A DNA stretch of 64,000 bases, taken from assembly GCA_041489255.1 (NCBI GenBank), contig JBGPQV010000006.1:65147-129146 (forward strand), written 5' to 3'. Below are positions 28,885-38,608 of the stretch, one piece after another (the first letter of the stretch is position 1; each line of letters starts with the position of its first letter). A program made the translations under genes and the position numbers. Under the pieces are notes generated by a model that worked only from the letters and a program-made list of their open reading frames with translations, searched no databases and was not told the origin of the DNA. This DNA comes from Thermoplasmata archaeon. GTDB lineage: Archaea > Thermoplasmatota > Thermoplasmata > RBG-16-68-12 > JAFNFQ01.

Positions 28885-29988
28885 TCAGTGCCGCCAGGTG
28901 TCCTCAGAGGGCACTTCTCGCTCGCTCGTGCGGTAGGATATCATCCCCGCCACCGCAATGAAGATCGCGAGGGACGTGGCGATGAGTATCAGGGTGAGGC
29001 TGCTCGACGGGTTCTTCATGCCGAGCCAAGCAGATAGGACGTCGAACGCGGCGAAGAAGACGAAACCCATCGCAATGAAAGTCCCCGCCACGACGAACAC
29101 GTGCTTGGGCACCTTGCCCTTCCTGAAGTATGCCGTGGCGACCCTGCCCCCTTCGAATATCAGCATGGCGAGGACGAACCACCAGAGGGATGTCGCGGCG
29201 AACTGGACGAACTGCCGGCCCAGCGTCATACCGGGGATGCCTGCGGCGTCGACGCCGTTGAATATCCCCCAGAGGACGATGACGAACGCGACGCTTGTGA
29301 AGATGATCGAGACGTCCCCCGAAGCGATGTTGTTCTTGAAGTTCTCGTAGCCCTCGTTGAGCCTCCTCCGCCATTCGCTTGGGCTCCCCGAGACCCCCGA
29401 CGCGAGGAAGATCAGATAGAGAGCAATAGCGCCTCCTGCAATCGATGAAGCGTAGGTGGGGCTGACGAAGTAGAGCGCGCTGAAAATCAACATGGCGAGC
29501 CCTATGGGGAAGAGTATCTTTCGCTGGACGCGCCTGTTCTTCAGCGCCTTGGCGAGCATGTAGTAGGTATTCTCGATCGCGGGGGACTGGCGGATGAAGA
29601 CCCGCCTCACGTGGTCGACCCTGATCCTCGACGCGATCATGGGGAAGATGTATTCGTCCTCGGCACCGTCGCTGACCAGGAATGCGCCAGACGGCCTCGT
29701 CTCCTCGATCACCTGCTCGAGCTGCCTCGTGAGGATGCCGTCCGAGATCGTGCCGACTCGGACATCGCCAGTGATCGTCGCGACCTCGGCCTCCTTGCCG
29801 GACTTGACCAGCTCGTCATAGATCGCGATTGCGGAGAGAATCGTGTTGACATCAGCGTCCTCGGGGTCCGCGAGGCCGAGCTTCATCGCGGCGTTGAGGT
29901 TCTCCTCCCTCCCTATGAGAGGACCCTTGATTCCAGCCTTCACGCCGACGTCGTCATCCCTGTCCACGCAGAGAACGAGAGTCCTCAT
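28885..29988 (-). CDS. DUF373 family membrane protein
   Basis: LVLCVDRDDD.G.K, LGLADPEDAD.N, VSDGAEDE, RQS; C-terminal TM helices. Confidence 0.9.
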   Translation of the reverse strand: MRTLVLCVDRDDDVGVKAGIKGPLIGREENLNAAMKLGLADPEDADVNTILSAIAIYDELVKSGKEAEVATITGDVRVGTISDGILTRQLEQVIEETRPSGAFLVSDGAEDEYIFPMIASRIRVDHVRRVFIRQSPAIENTYYMLAKALKNRRVQRKILFPIGLAMLIFSALYFVSPTYASSIAGGAIALYLIFLASGVSGSPSEWRRRLNEGYENFKNNIASGDVSIIFTSVAFVIVLWGIFNGVDAAGIPGMTLGRQFVQFAATSLWWFVLAMLIFEGGRVATAYFRKGKVPKHVFVVAGTFIAMGFVFFAAFDVLSAWLGMKNPSSSLTLILIATSLAIFIAVAGMISYRTSEREVPSEDTWRH

Positions 29989-30095
29989 CGCAAGTCACCA
30001 ACTGATGGCGGGCTATTTCAAATTTGTTGTGTGGTTCTGAAACGGTTGCAGTGGCGGCAAAGAATAATATCGAGGCACGCGGTTCAAGGTGCGAC

Positions 30096-31844
30096 ATGGC
30101 TGAAGGAAATGACGAACCCACGACCGAGTGTCCGAACTGCGGAGCGCTGGTGCCAGTCGGGGCGCCTCGGTGCTTCATCTGTGAAGAGCTGATGCCGGAA
30201 CCCGTCAACGCAGAGGTGAAGCCGCCGGAGCTCGCACCCGAGGAGCTGCCGTCGGTCGAGAAGGTGAAAATCGAGGCGCCACAGCCCGTTCAGGAAGAAG
30301 TGGTGAAGCTGATCGCGGAACCGGTCGTGGAAAAGCCGCCGGAGGAATTTCGCGCTCCAGTCGAAGAGGTCATCGAAGCAGCTCCCGCGGAGCTGACGCC
30401 GGCGGAGGAGAAGGCCACGAAGCTCAAGGCGGCGTATGAGGCCGGAAGGATTCCGAAGGAAGTCTACGTCGGAAATCTCAGGGCCTTGGGCATCGCAGTC
30501 CCGCCGGACCTTGAGGAACAGCCGGCTGAAGTGGAGACTCCGCCCGAGGTCCAGCCCGAGATCGCAGTCGAAGTCCCTCCAGCCATAGTGGAGGCGAAGG
30601 AGAAACCGCCGGAGGTGGGCCCTCCCGGGGTCCAGCCGGAGACCAAGATTGAAGTCCCGCCAGTCAAGGAAGAGCCTGCCCCGCCAAAGGAGGAGGAGGA
30701 GAGGCCGGCGGTTACCGCGCCAGTTGAGGAAGCCAAGGGGGCCACTCCCGCCAAGCCGAGCAACATAGAGCGGAAAGCGGCGAGGTTGAGGAAGGCGTAC
30801 AAGACCGGCAGGGTCACGAAGGAACTCTACGTCGACAGCCTGAGGACTCTCGGACTCCCCGTGCCGCAAGAGCTCGAGGAACCGCCAGCAAGAGAGGAAG
30901 AGCCAGCGGTGGTTGTGCCGGAGACTCCGCCCGCCAAGGAGGAAGCTGCACCTTCGAAAGCGGAGGAGACTGCACCTGTCGAGGCGGCTCCGGCCAAGGA
31001 AGCAGGAGAGGTTCCTACCGCCAAACCGAGCGCCGTGGAGAAGAAGGCGGCGAGGCTCAAGAGAGCATACGTGGACGGCAAGATCTCCAAAGGCATCTAC
31101 GCCGACAGCCTGAAGAAACTTGGTGTCTCGATCCCACCGGAGCTTGAAGTTGCACCCGAGAAGGAAGCCGCTCCGGAGGAAAAACCTCCAGTCGAGGCTC
31201 CAATGGCCGAGGAAGTGAAAGAGGAGACTCCCGCCAAACCGTCAGAGGACGAGGTCAAGGCGGCGAGGCTCAAAGCGGCATACGAGGCCGGCACCATCCC
31301 CAAGGAAGTCTATGTCGGAAACCTGAGGATTCTCGACCTCCCGGTCCCGCCAGAGCTTGAGGAACGAGAAGTGGAGGTCCCCGCTGAGACCACTCAAGCT
31401 GAGGTGCTCCCTGTCCTGGAAGAATCCGCGCCCGAGGCTGTCCCCGAGGAGGTGCTGCAGATCGAGGAAGAGATCCCCGCCGAGGTCCCTCAGGAGGAGG
31501 CAGCAGTTCCGGAGGTCGTCGAGGAAGCCCCGGCTGCCGTCGAAATCGTCTCCAAGGGAGAGATCGAGGGTCCGGCGAGGTCCTACAGGGGAGTCGCGAT
31601 AGCCTCGGCGGGCGGTCTCGTCTACGCGCTCGTCTGGCTCCTCTTCGTCCCGATGTTGGGCAACTTCCTGTCCTTTGCTTTCACCGCGCTGGGCGCCGTG
31701 CTCATCGTCGTGGGCTACAACATCGCCTCGAACGATGCGGCGGCGGCTGCGAGAACTCGCACGTTCAAGTGCCCGCTCTGTTCAAAGAGGCTTGATGTGT
31801 CGGTGTCCGAGTGCCCCAACTGCGGGGCCAAGTTCAGCGATTAG
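30096..31844 (+). CDS. Zinc-ribbon protein with four SHOCT-like repeats, E/P-rich linkers and two TM helices
   Basis: N-terminal CPNCG/CFICE; 4x KAARL..AY..G.I.K..Y...L..LG..VP.ELE; two hydrophobic helices; C-terminal CPLCS/CPNCG. Confidence 0.8.
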   Translation: MAEGNDEPTTECPNCGALVPVGAPRCFICEELMPEPVNAEVKPPELAPEELPSVEKVKIEAPQPVQEEVVKLIAEPVVEKPPEEFRAPVEEVIEAAPAELTPAEEKATKLKAAYEAGRIPKEVYVGNLRALGIAVPPDLEEQPAEVETPPEVQPEIAVEVPPAIVEAKEKPPEVGPPGVQPETKIEVPPVKEEPAPPKEEEERPAVTAPVEEAKGATPAKPSNIERKAARLRKAYKTGRVTKELYVDSLRTLGLPVPQELEEPPAREEEPAVVVPETPPAKEEAAPSKAEETAPVEAAPAKEAGEVPTAKPSAVEKKAARLKRAYVDGKISKGIYADSLKKLGVSIPPELEVAPEKEAAPEEKPPVEAPMAEEVKEETPAKPSEDEVKAARLKAAYEAGTIPKEVYVGNLRILDLPVPPELEEREVEVPAETTQAEVLPVLEESAPEAVPEEVLQIEEEIPAEVPQEEAAVPEVVEEAPAAVEIVSKGEIEGPARSYRGVAIASAGGLVYALVWLLFVPMLGNFLSFAFTALGAVLIVVGYNIASNDAAAAARTRTFKCPLCSKRLDVSVSECPNCGAKFSD

Positions 31845-31846
31845 AA

Positions 31847-32503
31847 TCAATAGAGGAGGAGTCCTTCCTCTATCCGACCCATCTCGATCGGCGTGGTCCT
31901 GCTCCCCACCGCCGCGCCCTTGCTGTTCGCGACCATGCACGCACCTATCTGCGCGGTGCCGTAGTTGGCGGTGGTTATCGTCGCGGGCACCTTGAGCACG
32001 TCCTCCAGCACCTCCTTCTCCTCGTCCCTGATGTGCGGGTGGCAGAGGACGCCCTTGTTCGTCGCGACTGCCGACGACCCCACCGTCTTGATCCCGGCGA
32101 CGGTCCCCCTCACGACCTCGACGTCCAGGACGTCCCTCAGTTCGCCCAAGAACTCTTTGTCATATCCGGGGTGGACCACCGCGCCGTTGTCGTTGCAGAG
32201 TATGTTGTTGCCCATCGCGTTGAGCCTCTCGGGCAGAACGAGCACGTTCGTCCCGCCGAGCAGATTCTTCTCCTTATCCGTCAGGAAGTCGTTCACGATG
32301 ATGCCGTGACTGTTCATCCTCGCCAGCGCGCCGGTGACCGTCGAGCCGCCAATAGTCGTCTGGACGGAAGGCACCTCGAGCGCCCTGCTGATCTTCTGCG
32401 CCATCCTCTTCGAGACGGTGGACGAAACCACCATCAGGTTCTCGCTCACCGCGCAGTAGACGCCTATGTAGGGGTTACCGACGAAGTCCACCCTCACCAG
32501 CAA
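31847..32503 (-). CDS. eif6: Translation initiation factor aIF-6
   Basis: GNPYIGVY, GNNILCND, VGS..VATNKG...HP, VANSKGA.VG..TT..E..RIE. Confidence 0.96.
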   Translation of the reverse strand: MLVRVDFVGNPYIGVYCAVSENLMVVSSTVSKRMAQKISRALEVPSVQTTIGGSTVTGALARMNSHGIIVNDFLTDKEKNLLGGTNVLVLPERLNAMGNNILCNDNGAVVHPGYDKEFLGELRDVLDVEVVRGTVAGIKTVGSSAVATNKGVLCHPHIRDEEKEVLEDVLKVPATITTANYGTAQIGACMVANSKGAAVGSRTTPIEMGRIEEGLLLY

Positions 32504-32513
32504 TTAGTGCCCC

Positions 32514-32777
32514 CTACTCCTCCGAGAGTGAGACCTCCACCAGTTCGTCCTCGAACTTGATCGCCTTCACCCTGATGCGCTTGGGCGGCTTGCCGATGCC
32601 CCTGGCCCATATCTGCTCGTTGATCTTGGGGTCGATCCACACGTCCTCGTTCTTCGCCTTCATGTGCTGCATGACGTGCTCGCGTATCGCCTTGATCGCC
32701 CTCGCCGCCCTCTTCGTCCTCGGCGCGCCCATGGCCTTGCGCAAGGGCACCGTGATTATCCTCTCTTCTTCGGCCAA
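32514..32777 (-). CDS. rpl31e: 50S ribosomal protein L31e
   Basis: TVPLR, KRA.RAI, IWARGI.KPP.RIRVK. Confidence 0.96.
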   Translation of the reverse strand: MAEEERIITVPLRKAMGAPRTKRAARAIKAIREHVMQHMKAKNEDVWIDPKINEQIWARGIGKPPKRIRVKAIKFEDELVEVSLSEE

Positions 32778-32781
32778 AGTA

Positions 32782-32937
32782 TCACCTGTCCAGCTTGTTC
32801 CTTCTCCAGGTCCGCCTCTTCGGGTGGTGCGTGAACTTCCTGTCGGTCCTCTGCATGACCCACGCGGGCACCCTCCTGTTCTGCTTCACCGCTCTCAGCA
32901 ACCTCAGCTTCTTCGGACCTGGCCTGTTCTTCGCCAT
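32782..32937 (-). CDS. rpl39e: 50S ribosomal protein L39e (51 aa, not in ORF track)
   Basis: Manual translation [51 protein letters not shown]. Confidence 0.95.
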   Translation of the reverse strand: MAKNRPGPKKLRLLRAVKQNRRVPAWVMQRTDRKFTHHPKRRTWRRNKLDR

Positions 32938-32938
32938 T

Positions 32939-33271
32939 CTACCGCCTCTCTATCTTGATGTCCCTCTTCTGCGGCATGATGCGCCTGAGGATGTCCCTCA
33001 GCGTCGCGTCGTCTATGACCTTGTTCACCCTGCCGCTCTGCGCAAGCACAATGAGCTGGTTCTCGATGTTCTCCGTGACCTCGGGGTAGGCCAACTCGAT
33101 CCTGGCTAGCCTCTCCCTGGCCTCGGGGGTCAGTATCTGCCTCAGGACCATCTCCCTCTGGGCCTTGACCTGCTCGTCCTGCTGGTCCCTGACCATCCTC
33201 TCGGCCTGGGCGCGCTGGATCTCCTCCAGCCTTCTCCGCCTTATCGCCTCGAGCTCGTCTTCCTCCTCCAC
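32939..33271 (-). CDS. PDCD5-like dsDNA-binding protein
   Basis: [35 protein letters not shown]. Confidence 0.93.
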   Translation of the reverse strand: MEEEDELEAIRRRRLEEIQRAQAERMVRDQQDEQVKAQREMVLRQILTPEARERLARIELAYPEVTENIENQLIVLAQSGRVNKVIDDATLRDILRRIMPQKRDIKIERR

Positions 33272-33275
33272 GACC

Positions 33276-33740
33276 TCACCTTGTCTTCCCGAGGTACTTC
33301 GTCAGCTCCGGGTTTGTCTTCGCCATTTCCTTCATGATCTCGAATGAGACATTGTCCAGGAGCTTGCGACCCTGAGGTGAGACCACCCGGCCCTGCTTCG
33401 TCTTCGCGACCAAGCCGAGCTGCTCCAGCTGGGTGAGGCAAAGGCGGATAATGCTCCTGCTCCCCTTGCGCGGGTGATACGGCGCGGAGCCGTCGTCCCT
33501 CCTCCCGCCGAACTCGGCGGAGAGCCTCGAGGGTCCCATTGGACCGAGGATGTATACCTTCCTCAGGACGGCGGCTGACCTGGTGAACCACCAGTCCGGC
33601 TGGACCGGGGAGTTCTTTGTGTGCACGCCTGTCTTTGCAAATGGCGCCCACTCTGGAGGTTCAATCTTCGCCTCGTCCTTGAGGAACTTCGCTACCTTTT
33701 CGATGAGGAGCGTCGGTGGAACATCATAGACGGTTGTCAT
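33276..33740 (-). CDS. rps19e: 30S ribosomal protein S19e
   Basis: [39 protein letters not shown]. Confidence 0.97.
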   Translation of the reverse strand: MTTVYDVPPTLLIEKVAKFLKDEAKIEPPEWAPFAKTGVHTKNSPVQPDWWFTRSAAVLRKVYILGPMGPSRLSAEFGGRRDDGSAPYHPRKGSRSIIRLCLTQLEQLGLVAKTKQGRVVSPQGRKLLDNVSFEIMKEMAKTNPELTKYLGKTR

Positions 33741-33885
33741 GTTGCCAACTCTGGCTTGTTCTACAGACTAAATTTGAGGGACTATATTATCCTTTGCGAC
33801 TCTCTCGGATTGCCGTTTCCTCCCTCCCAAGCGGCGTGACAGTGAAAACTTCTTATGAACCCGCCTCTTCATCTCTTCGATACCT

Positions 33886-34602
33886 ATGGCGGCTGAACGT
33901 CTCAAGACCCACATCCGCGGGCTCGACCAGAGGATCGGCGGCGGCATACCGGAGAAGCACCTCGTCCTCGTCTGCGGCAGGGCGGGGACGATGAAGTCCT
34001 CCCTCGCCTATGGAATAATGCACAACGCCGCCAAGAACGACGGCAGGCGGGGCATCTACATCACCTTGGAGCAGAGCAGGGAGAGCCTGGTCGACCACAT
34101 GACGAACCTGGGCATGGACCCCAAGAGCATCACGGGCAACGGGGGCATCATCGTCATCGACCTCGCCCGCCTGCGCAAGGAGTCGGAGCAGAAGGACGTG
34201 AAGGCGCCGATGGATTGGGCCGATGCGATCATCACCATAGCCAACAACTACAAGCTCAAGTTCGGCTGCAACCTCTTCGTCCTCGACTCGCTCGCCGCCC
34301 TTTACGCCATACACGAGTTCAAGAACCCGAGGAACGACATCTTCCTCTTCTTCGACAAGATCAGGGCGCTCGGCATCACGACGATGCTCATCTCGGAGAC
34401 TACGGAGTCGGACAAGCTCTACTTCGGGATGTACGGCGTCGAGGACTTCCTGGCCGACGGAATATTCCACATTGACCTGGAGCGTGAGGACAGGAACGTG
34501 AACCTCTTCCTGAGCGTCGTCAAGATGAGGGCGACGCAGCACGATCGGAGCTACTACCCGCTCATCGTGGAGAAGGGCAACTTCGAGATAGTCACGAGCT
34601 GA
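33886..34602 (+). CDS. KaiC/RAD55-like RecA-superfamily ATPase
   Basis: GLD..IGGGIP, Walker A GRAGTMKSS, YITLEQ, Walker B FVLDS, FLADG, KMRAT.H. Confidence 0.92.
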   Translation: MAAERLKTHIRGLDQRIGGGIPEKHLVLVCGRAGTMKSSLAYGIMHNAAKNDGRRGIYITLEQSRESLVDHMTNLGMDPKSITGNGGIIVIDLARLRKESEQKDVKAPMDWADAIITIANNYKLKFGCNLFVLDSLAALYAIHEFKNPRNDIFLFFDKIRALGITTMLISETTESDKLYFGMYGVEDFLADGIFHIDLEREDRNVNLFLSVVKMRATQHDRSYYPLIVEKGNFEIVTS

Positions 34603-34607
34603 GGAAC

Positions 34608-35189
34608 TTGCGGATTGTCGTGGCGGTAACTGGAGCGTCCGGCGTCGTCTACGGATACGATCTCCTGAAGGCGCTCAAGGGCAATGACGTGTCCCTGATC
34701 CTCTCTGAGGACGCGAAGACCGTCATCAAGGAGGAGACCGATATCACCGCCAAGGACTTCGAGAGAACCGCGAGCAGGGCCTACAGGAACGACGACATGG
34801 CGGCGCCTGTTTCATCGGGCAGCAACAGACTCGACGCGATGGTCATAGTCCCGTGCTCGGGCACGACCCTGTCGAAGATTGCGGTGGGGATAGCGGACAA
34901 CCTGATCACGCGCACCGCCGCGGTCTTCCTCAAGGAAAGGAGGAAGCTCGTGCTCGTGCCACGCGAGACGCCCGTGAGCCCGATCAGCCTGGAGAATATG
35001 CTCAAGCTCTCTCGCCTCGGCGTCGTCATCCTGCCCGCCTCACCTGGTTTCTATGCCAAGCCGAAGAGCGCACAGGACCTCGTGGACTTCGTCGTCGCGA
35101 GGATCATGGACCAGCTCGGTCTGAAGCAGAAGCTTCTCAAGGGGTGGAAGGCGGAATTGGCCCCGCCCTCATCCAGTCCGCGGCGCTGA
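34608..35189 (+). CDS. ubiX: Flavin prenyltransferase UbiX
   Basis: TGASGVVYG, SSGS, PCS..TL, LKERR.L.L.PRETP, PASPGFY. Confidence 0.95.
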   Translation: MRIVVAVTGASGVVYGYDLLKALKGNDVSLILSEDAKTVIKEETDITAKDFERTASRAYRNDDMAAPVSSGSNRLDAMVIVPCSGTTLSKIAVGIADNLITRTAAVFLKERRKLVLVPRETPVSPISLENMLKLSRLGVVILPASPGFYAKPKSAQDLVDFVVARIMDQLGLKQKLLKGWKAELAPPSSSPRR

Positions 35190-37730
35190 TCTCTTCTTTG
35201 GCGGTGGCGGCGGTGGTGGTGCGGCCAATTCCTCGACCCTGTCGAACTCCTTGCGGAGCATGGTCAGCTCGTCCGGACCAAGGGCCCCAGGCGTAATCGG
35301 GACGATGAACGTCGTCCCGTGCACGCTGCACAGGTCGTTGACCTTCTTGATGAACTTGAACGTCTTGTCGAACCCGTTCTCCACCACGAGGTACTCCAGG
35401 CCATCAAGGATAATCGCGCCGCCCTTGAAGTCCTTCGCGAAGTTGCTCAGCGCCCTGATGACCTCGAATTCGAGGCGCTTGGGGTCGAGGGTCTTCGGCC
35501 CGGGGTTCGTGTCGGAGAGCCAGTACATCTCCACGCCCTCCAGCCTGTACTCTTTCACCACCTTCTCCGGAAAACTCGTGGTCATGCACAGTGTCGGTTT
35601 CTCCCTGCGGGCCATGCCGAGTAGCCAGGAGTAGCTCGTGCCTGGATCATTGTCTATGACGAGGTAGTTGAGGCCATCGTCAAGAGCCCTCAGGACCGTG
35701 TCGCAGTGCGTGCATTTCGTCCTCGCCAGGTCGGCGCCCTCCTTGACCTGCTGGACCTCCCTGCACGTGGGGCACTGCACGGTGATCACCTTCTCCTTCG
35801 GGAGCTGCACGGTGATCTTGCGGTGGCACTCGGGGCATTCCGACATCCCAGAGGCGCACAGCTTGTGGTACACTTTCCCGCACTCGCACTTGTACGCGTT
35901 GGCGGGTGACTCGATCACTTCGAGGCAGTCCGCGCAGAACTGAGTGGGGACCGGCTCCCCTGGCGGCGGTGTCTCGGCCGCGGCTCCCCCCTCTTCGTAC
36001 TCTGGCGGTATGTATTTCGTCTGCCTCAGGTAGATGAATTTCGATACGAGAGCGCAGCTCAGCGTGAACGTGATGCCCAGGACCCACATCACCGCTCCGC
36101 TGATCAAGAGGCTCGGGGCCGCGAAAGTGAATATGCCCGGGAAGAAGTAGAACAGGATCAGGAGGATGATGCATATCCTCCCGACCCAGTGCAGCCATCC
36201 GATCTTCGCTGCAGCAGGCCTGTAGCGGATCGGGTGCGCACCCTTGAACTGGAGGAAATACCTGTGCTGGTAGTAGGCTATCAGATACGCAGCCACGACA
36301 ACCAGCGCGAACGTGATCTGCGCGTTCTCGAAGAAATCGAACGTGCTGAAGTAGATGCTGTCCGATGGCGTCGTCGCGTTCGCGCCGTAGCCTTCCTTGT
36401 CGTAGCTTATCGAGAACAGGAGGATGTCCCCGGCGGGCGTCCTTATCATGTTCGCCGAGCCCCTGGATATGTCGAACCCGGAGAAGCTGCTGCTGCTCAC
36501 GGAGTAGGTCACCGTGTTGAACTCAACGAGCCCGTGGTAGCTCGAGTCGCCCCTCAGACGGAAGTTCCTGATGAAGAATCCCGGCGCCGTAAAATTGTTC
36601 GCGTCGGATGTGAAGTTCAGGCGGAACCTCACAGCTTGCCCGGCGTACATGTCGAGCGGGAAGCGCACGGTCGGCCAAGGTTGCGTCCAGTCGGTCGGCC
36701 ATGTCGAGTTGTTGAAGTAGGGAAAGCCCGCCTCGTTGTTGACGTTGACCCAGTTGTCGAACTGTGGCGCATTCGTCGCCACCTGCAGATGGAGCCTGTC
36801 CCCATTCTCCGCCGTGTAGCCCACATACTCGAACTCCGCATACGTGGCCGCAGGGTCGGGTTCAGCGTACCTGAGGTCGAAGTAGTCTTTGCTGAAGTTC
36901 AGTCCGGGGTTCGCGGAGTTCCCCTCGGGTGTGAATGCCGGTCTCGCATCCGACGAGTTCACTGCGCTGTTCGCGAACCCCCAGTGGGTGAAGCTGTTGT
37001 TCGCTGTTGGCGGGCTGGCGACATAGCTCATCGTGAGAACCTTCTGGGTTCCCACGAAAGTAGTATGCCACCCCTGAACCGAGTTGAAAGGCCTCAGGTA
37101 ATCGATTCCAAGGGAATCCTTGAAGAAGAATGAATTGTAGTCCAGATTGAAAACCTTGTGCACCGCGTCGGCAATGTTCGGCTCCGCCAGCGGGAAGCGC
37201 ATCGATCCGTCCGTCGTGTTCGCGTTGAAGATGAACCGTATCTGGAGCTTCGTCGTGTCTGCCGCAGTCGAGCCGACGAGGCCCTCGGTGCTCCTCTCGA
37301 CGGGGAACTGCGCCTCGACCTTGTCTGCGGCGCTGATCCGGAGATACCTGTCCGTGAGTCCCCAGCCGCGTCCACAGGAGTTCTCGAGGTAGTGCTCGAG
37401 CATGTTGGTGTAGTCGAGCCCCTCGTCGGCGCCTATCTCGCTGTCCGGAGTGTTCGCAATCGCTGTGCCCTCGCAGTTGAAGCCCGGCGGCATCTGCGTG
37501 TAATTCTCGAAGAAGTTCACTATCTTCCACCTGAGGTGGCTGGCTTGATCGTCGGACAGCGTCCAGGTCAGATGCCCGCCGCCATCAAGGTTGCCCAGCC
37601 CGTAGACCTCGTAGTCCGTGTCCACGACAAGCCGTCCCCCCATTTGGGCTCGCGCGAACGGCATGAGCGATGGCGCGACCAGGAACGCGAGAACAACGAG
37701 TAGGAAGGCCATTCGCCCTGCCCGCGACAT
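35169..37730 (-). CDS. Membrane protein with large extracellular domain, three TM helices, Zn fingers and C-terminal DUF835
   Basis: Signal peptide after ATG 37730; beta-rich ectodomain; several CxxC pairs; YWLS...LDP.RL...IILDGLEYLVVENGF....KF...VND. Confidence 0.88.
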   Translation of the reverse strand: MSRAGRMAFLLVVLAFLVAPSLMPFARAQMGGRLVVDTDYEVYGLGNLDGGGHLTWTLSDDQASHLRWKIVNFFENYTQMPPGFNCEGTAIANTPDSEIGADEGLDYTNMLEHYLENSCGRGWGLTDRYLRISAADKVEAQFPVERSTEGLVGSTAADTTKLQIRFIFNANTTDGSMRFPLAEPNIADAVHKVFNLDYNSFFFKDSLGIDYLRPFNSVQGWHTTFVGTQKVLTMSYVASPPTANNSFTHWGFANSAVNSSDARPAFTPEGNSANPGLNFSKDYFDLRYAEPDPAATYAEFEYVGYTAENGDRLHLQVATNAPQFDNWVNVNNEAGFPYFNNSTWPTDWTQPWPTVRFPLDMYAGQAVRFRLNFTSDANNFTAPGFFIRNFRLRGDSSYHGLVEFNTVTYSVSSSSFSGFDISRGSANMIRTPAGDILLFSISYDKEGYGANATTPSDSIYFSTFDFFENAQITFALVVVAAYLIAYYQHRYFLQFKGAHPIRYRPAAAKIGWLHWVGRICIILLILFYFFPGIFTFAAPSLLISGAVMWVLGITFTLSCALVSKFIYLRQTKYIPPEYEEGGAAAETPPPGEPVPTQFCADCLEVIESPANAYKCECGKVYHKLCASGMSECPECHRKITVQLPKEKVITVQCPTCREVQQVKEGADLARTKCTHCDTVLRALDDGLNYLVIDNDPGTSYSWLLGMARREKPTLCMTTSFPEKVVKEYRLEGVEMYWLSDTNPGPKTLDPKRLEFEVIRALSNFAKDFKGGAIILDGLEYLVVENGFDKTFKFIKKVNDLCSVHGTTFIVPITPGALGPDELTMLRKEFDRVEELAAPPPPPPPKKRSAPRTG

Positions 37731-37860
37731 GTGAGAAAGATGAATCGTACCCGTTCTTATAACCTTTCTGGGCTGACCTTCGAAACGTCCGTGTTGAGGA
37801 TACATAGACTTGTCCATGTGAACCGCAAAGGTTAATCGCCTGTCTCCAGATGAAGTGCCG

Positions 37861-38604
37861 ATGATGCCCAAGGACCTTTCGAGGCTGCTTGCGTCCGGAT
37901 TGGATCTCCGCGAGGAGTACGAGAAGGCCTCAAAGACGCTGGAATCTATCGGCCTCTCCACCTATGAGGCACGAGGCTACATCGCGCTCGTGGCTCACGG
38001 ATTCGGGAGCGCCGAGACCGTCGCCGAGACCGCGGGCATTCCGCGGACATCCGCCTACAAGGTCCTCCAGTCCCTGTGCGGCAAGGGGTTCGCCTTCGCC
38101 GCTCAGGGAAGGCCGATGATCTTCAAACCAGAGGCTCCCGCGAACATCAAGGAACGTGTCATCAAGCACCTCTCCGACACCTTCGACAAGCTCGACGCGG
38201 TGCACGAGGTGCTTCGAGACAAGGGAGACCCCCAGCTCGTCTACACGATAACGGAGAAAGAGAGGGTTCTGAAGAAGATAGGGGAACTCATGGACTCCGC
38301 CACGGAGAGCTTCATCGTCTCGACGCCGACATTCTCGGAGATCAGGGAGCACCTTCGGAAGAACATCGAGAACGCGGTGAAGCGCGGGATCAAGTTCACG
38401 GTCATCACGGCTCCAATGCAGAAGGTATTGGAAGGGATCGACGTTCACCGGAAGAAGGATCTCATCGCGACTGATGTGATTGCTGACGGACAGACCGCAC
38501 TTATCGCATCGCCTGACCTGAGCGCCTGCGGCTTCACCGATAACGCTTATCTCGCCAAGCACTTGGAGAACTTCCTGCAGATACTCATGGAGCACAAAGG
38601 GTGA
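37861..38604 (+). CDS. TrmB family transcriptional regulator
   Basis: GLSTYEARGY..L, GIPRTSAYKVLQSL..KG, GRP..F. Confidence 0.92.
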   Translation: MMPKDLSRLLASGLDLREEYEKASKTLESIGLSTYEARGYIALVAHGFGSAETVAETAGIPRTSAYKVLQSLCGKGFAFAAQGRPMIFKPEAPANIKERVIKHLSDTFDKLDAVHEVLRDKGDPQLVYTITEKERVLKKIGELMDSATESFIVSTPTFSEIREHLRKNIENAVKRGIKFTVITAPMQKVLEGIDVHRKKDLIATDVIADGQTALIASPDLSACGFTDNAYLAKHLENFLQILMEHKG

Positions 38605-38608
38605 AGCA

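Noticed and set aside
37731-37961. ORF-track N-terminal extension of the DUF835 protein (similarly 30024-30095, 56079-56144, 5612-5668)
   Set aside because: Runs through promoter regions or the divergent gene; downstream starts fit signal peptide or TATA spacing
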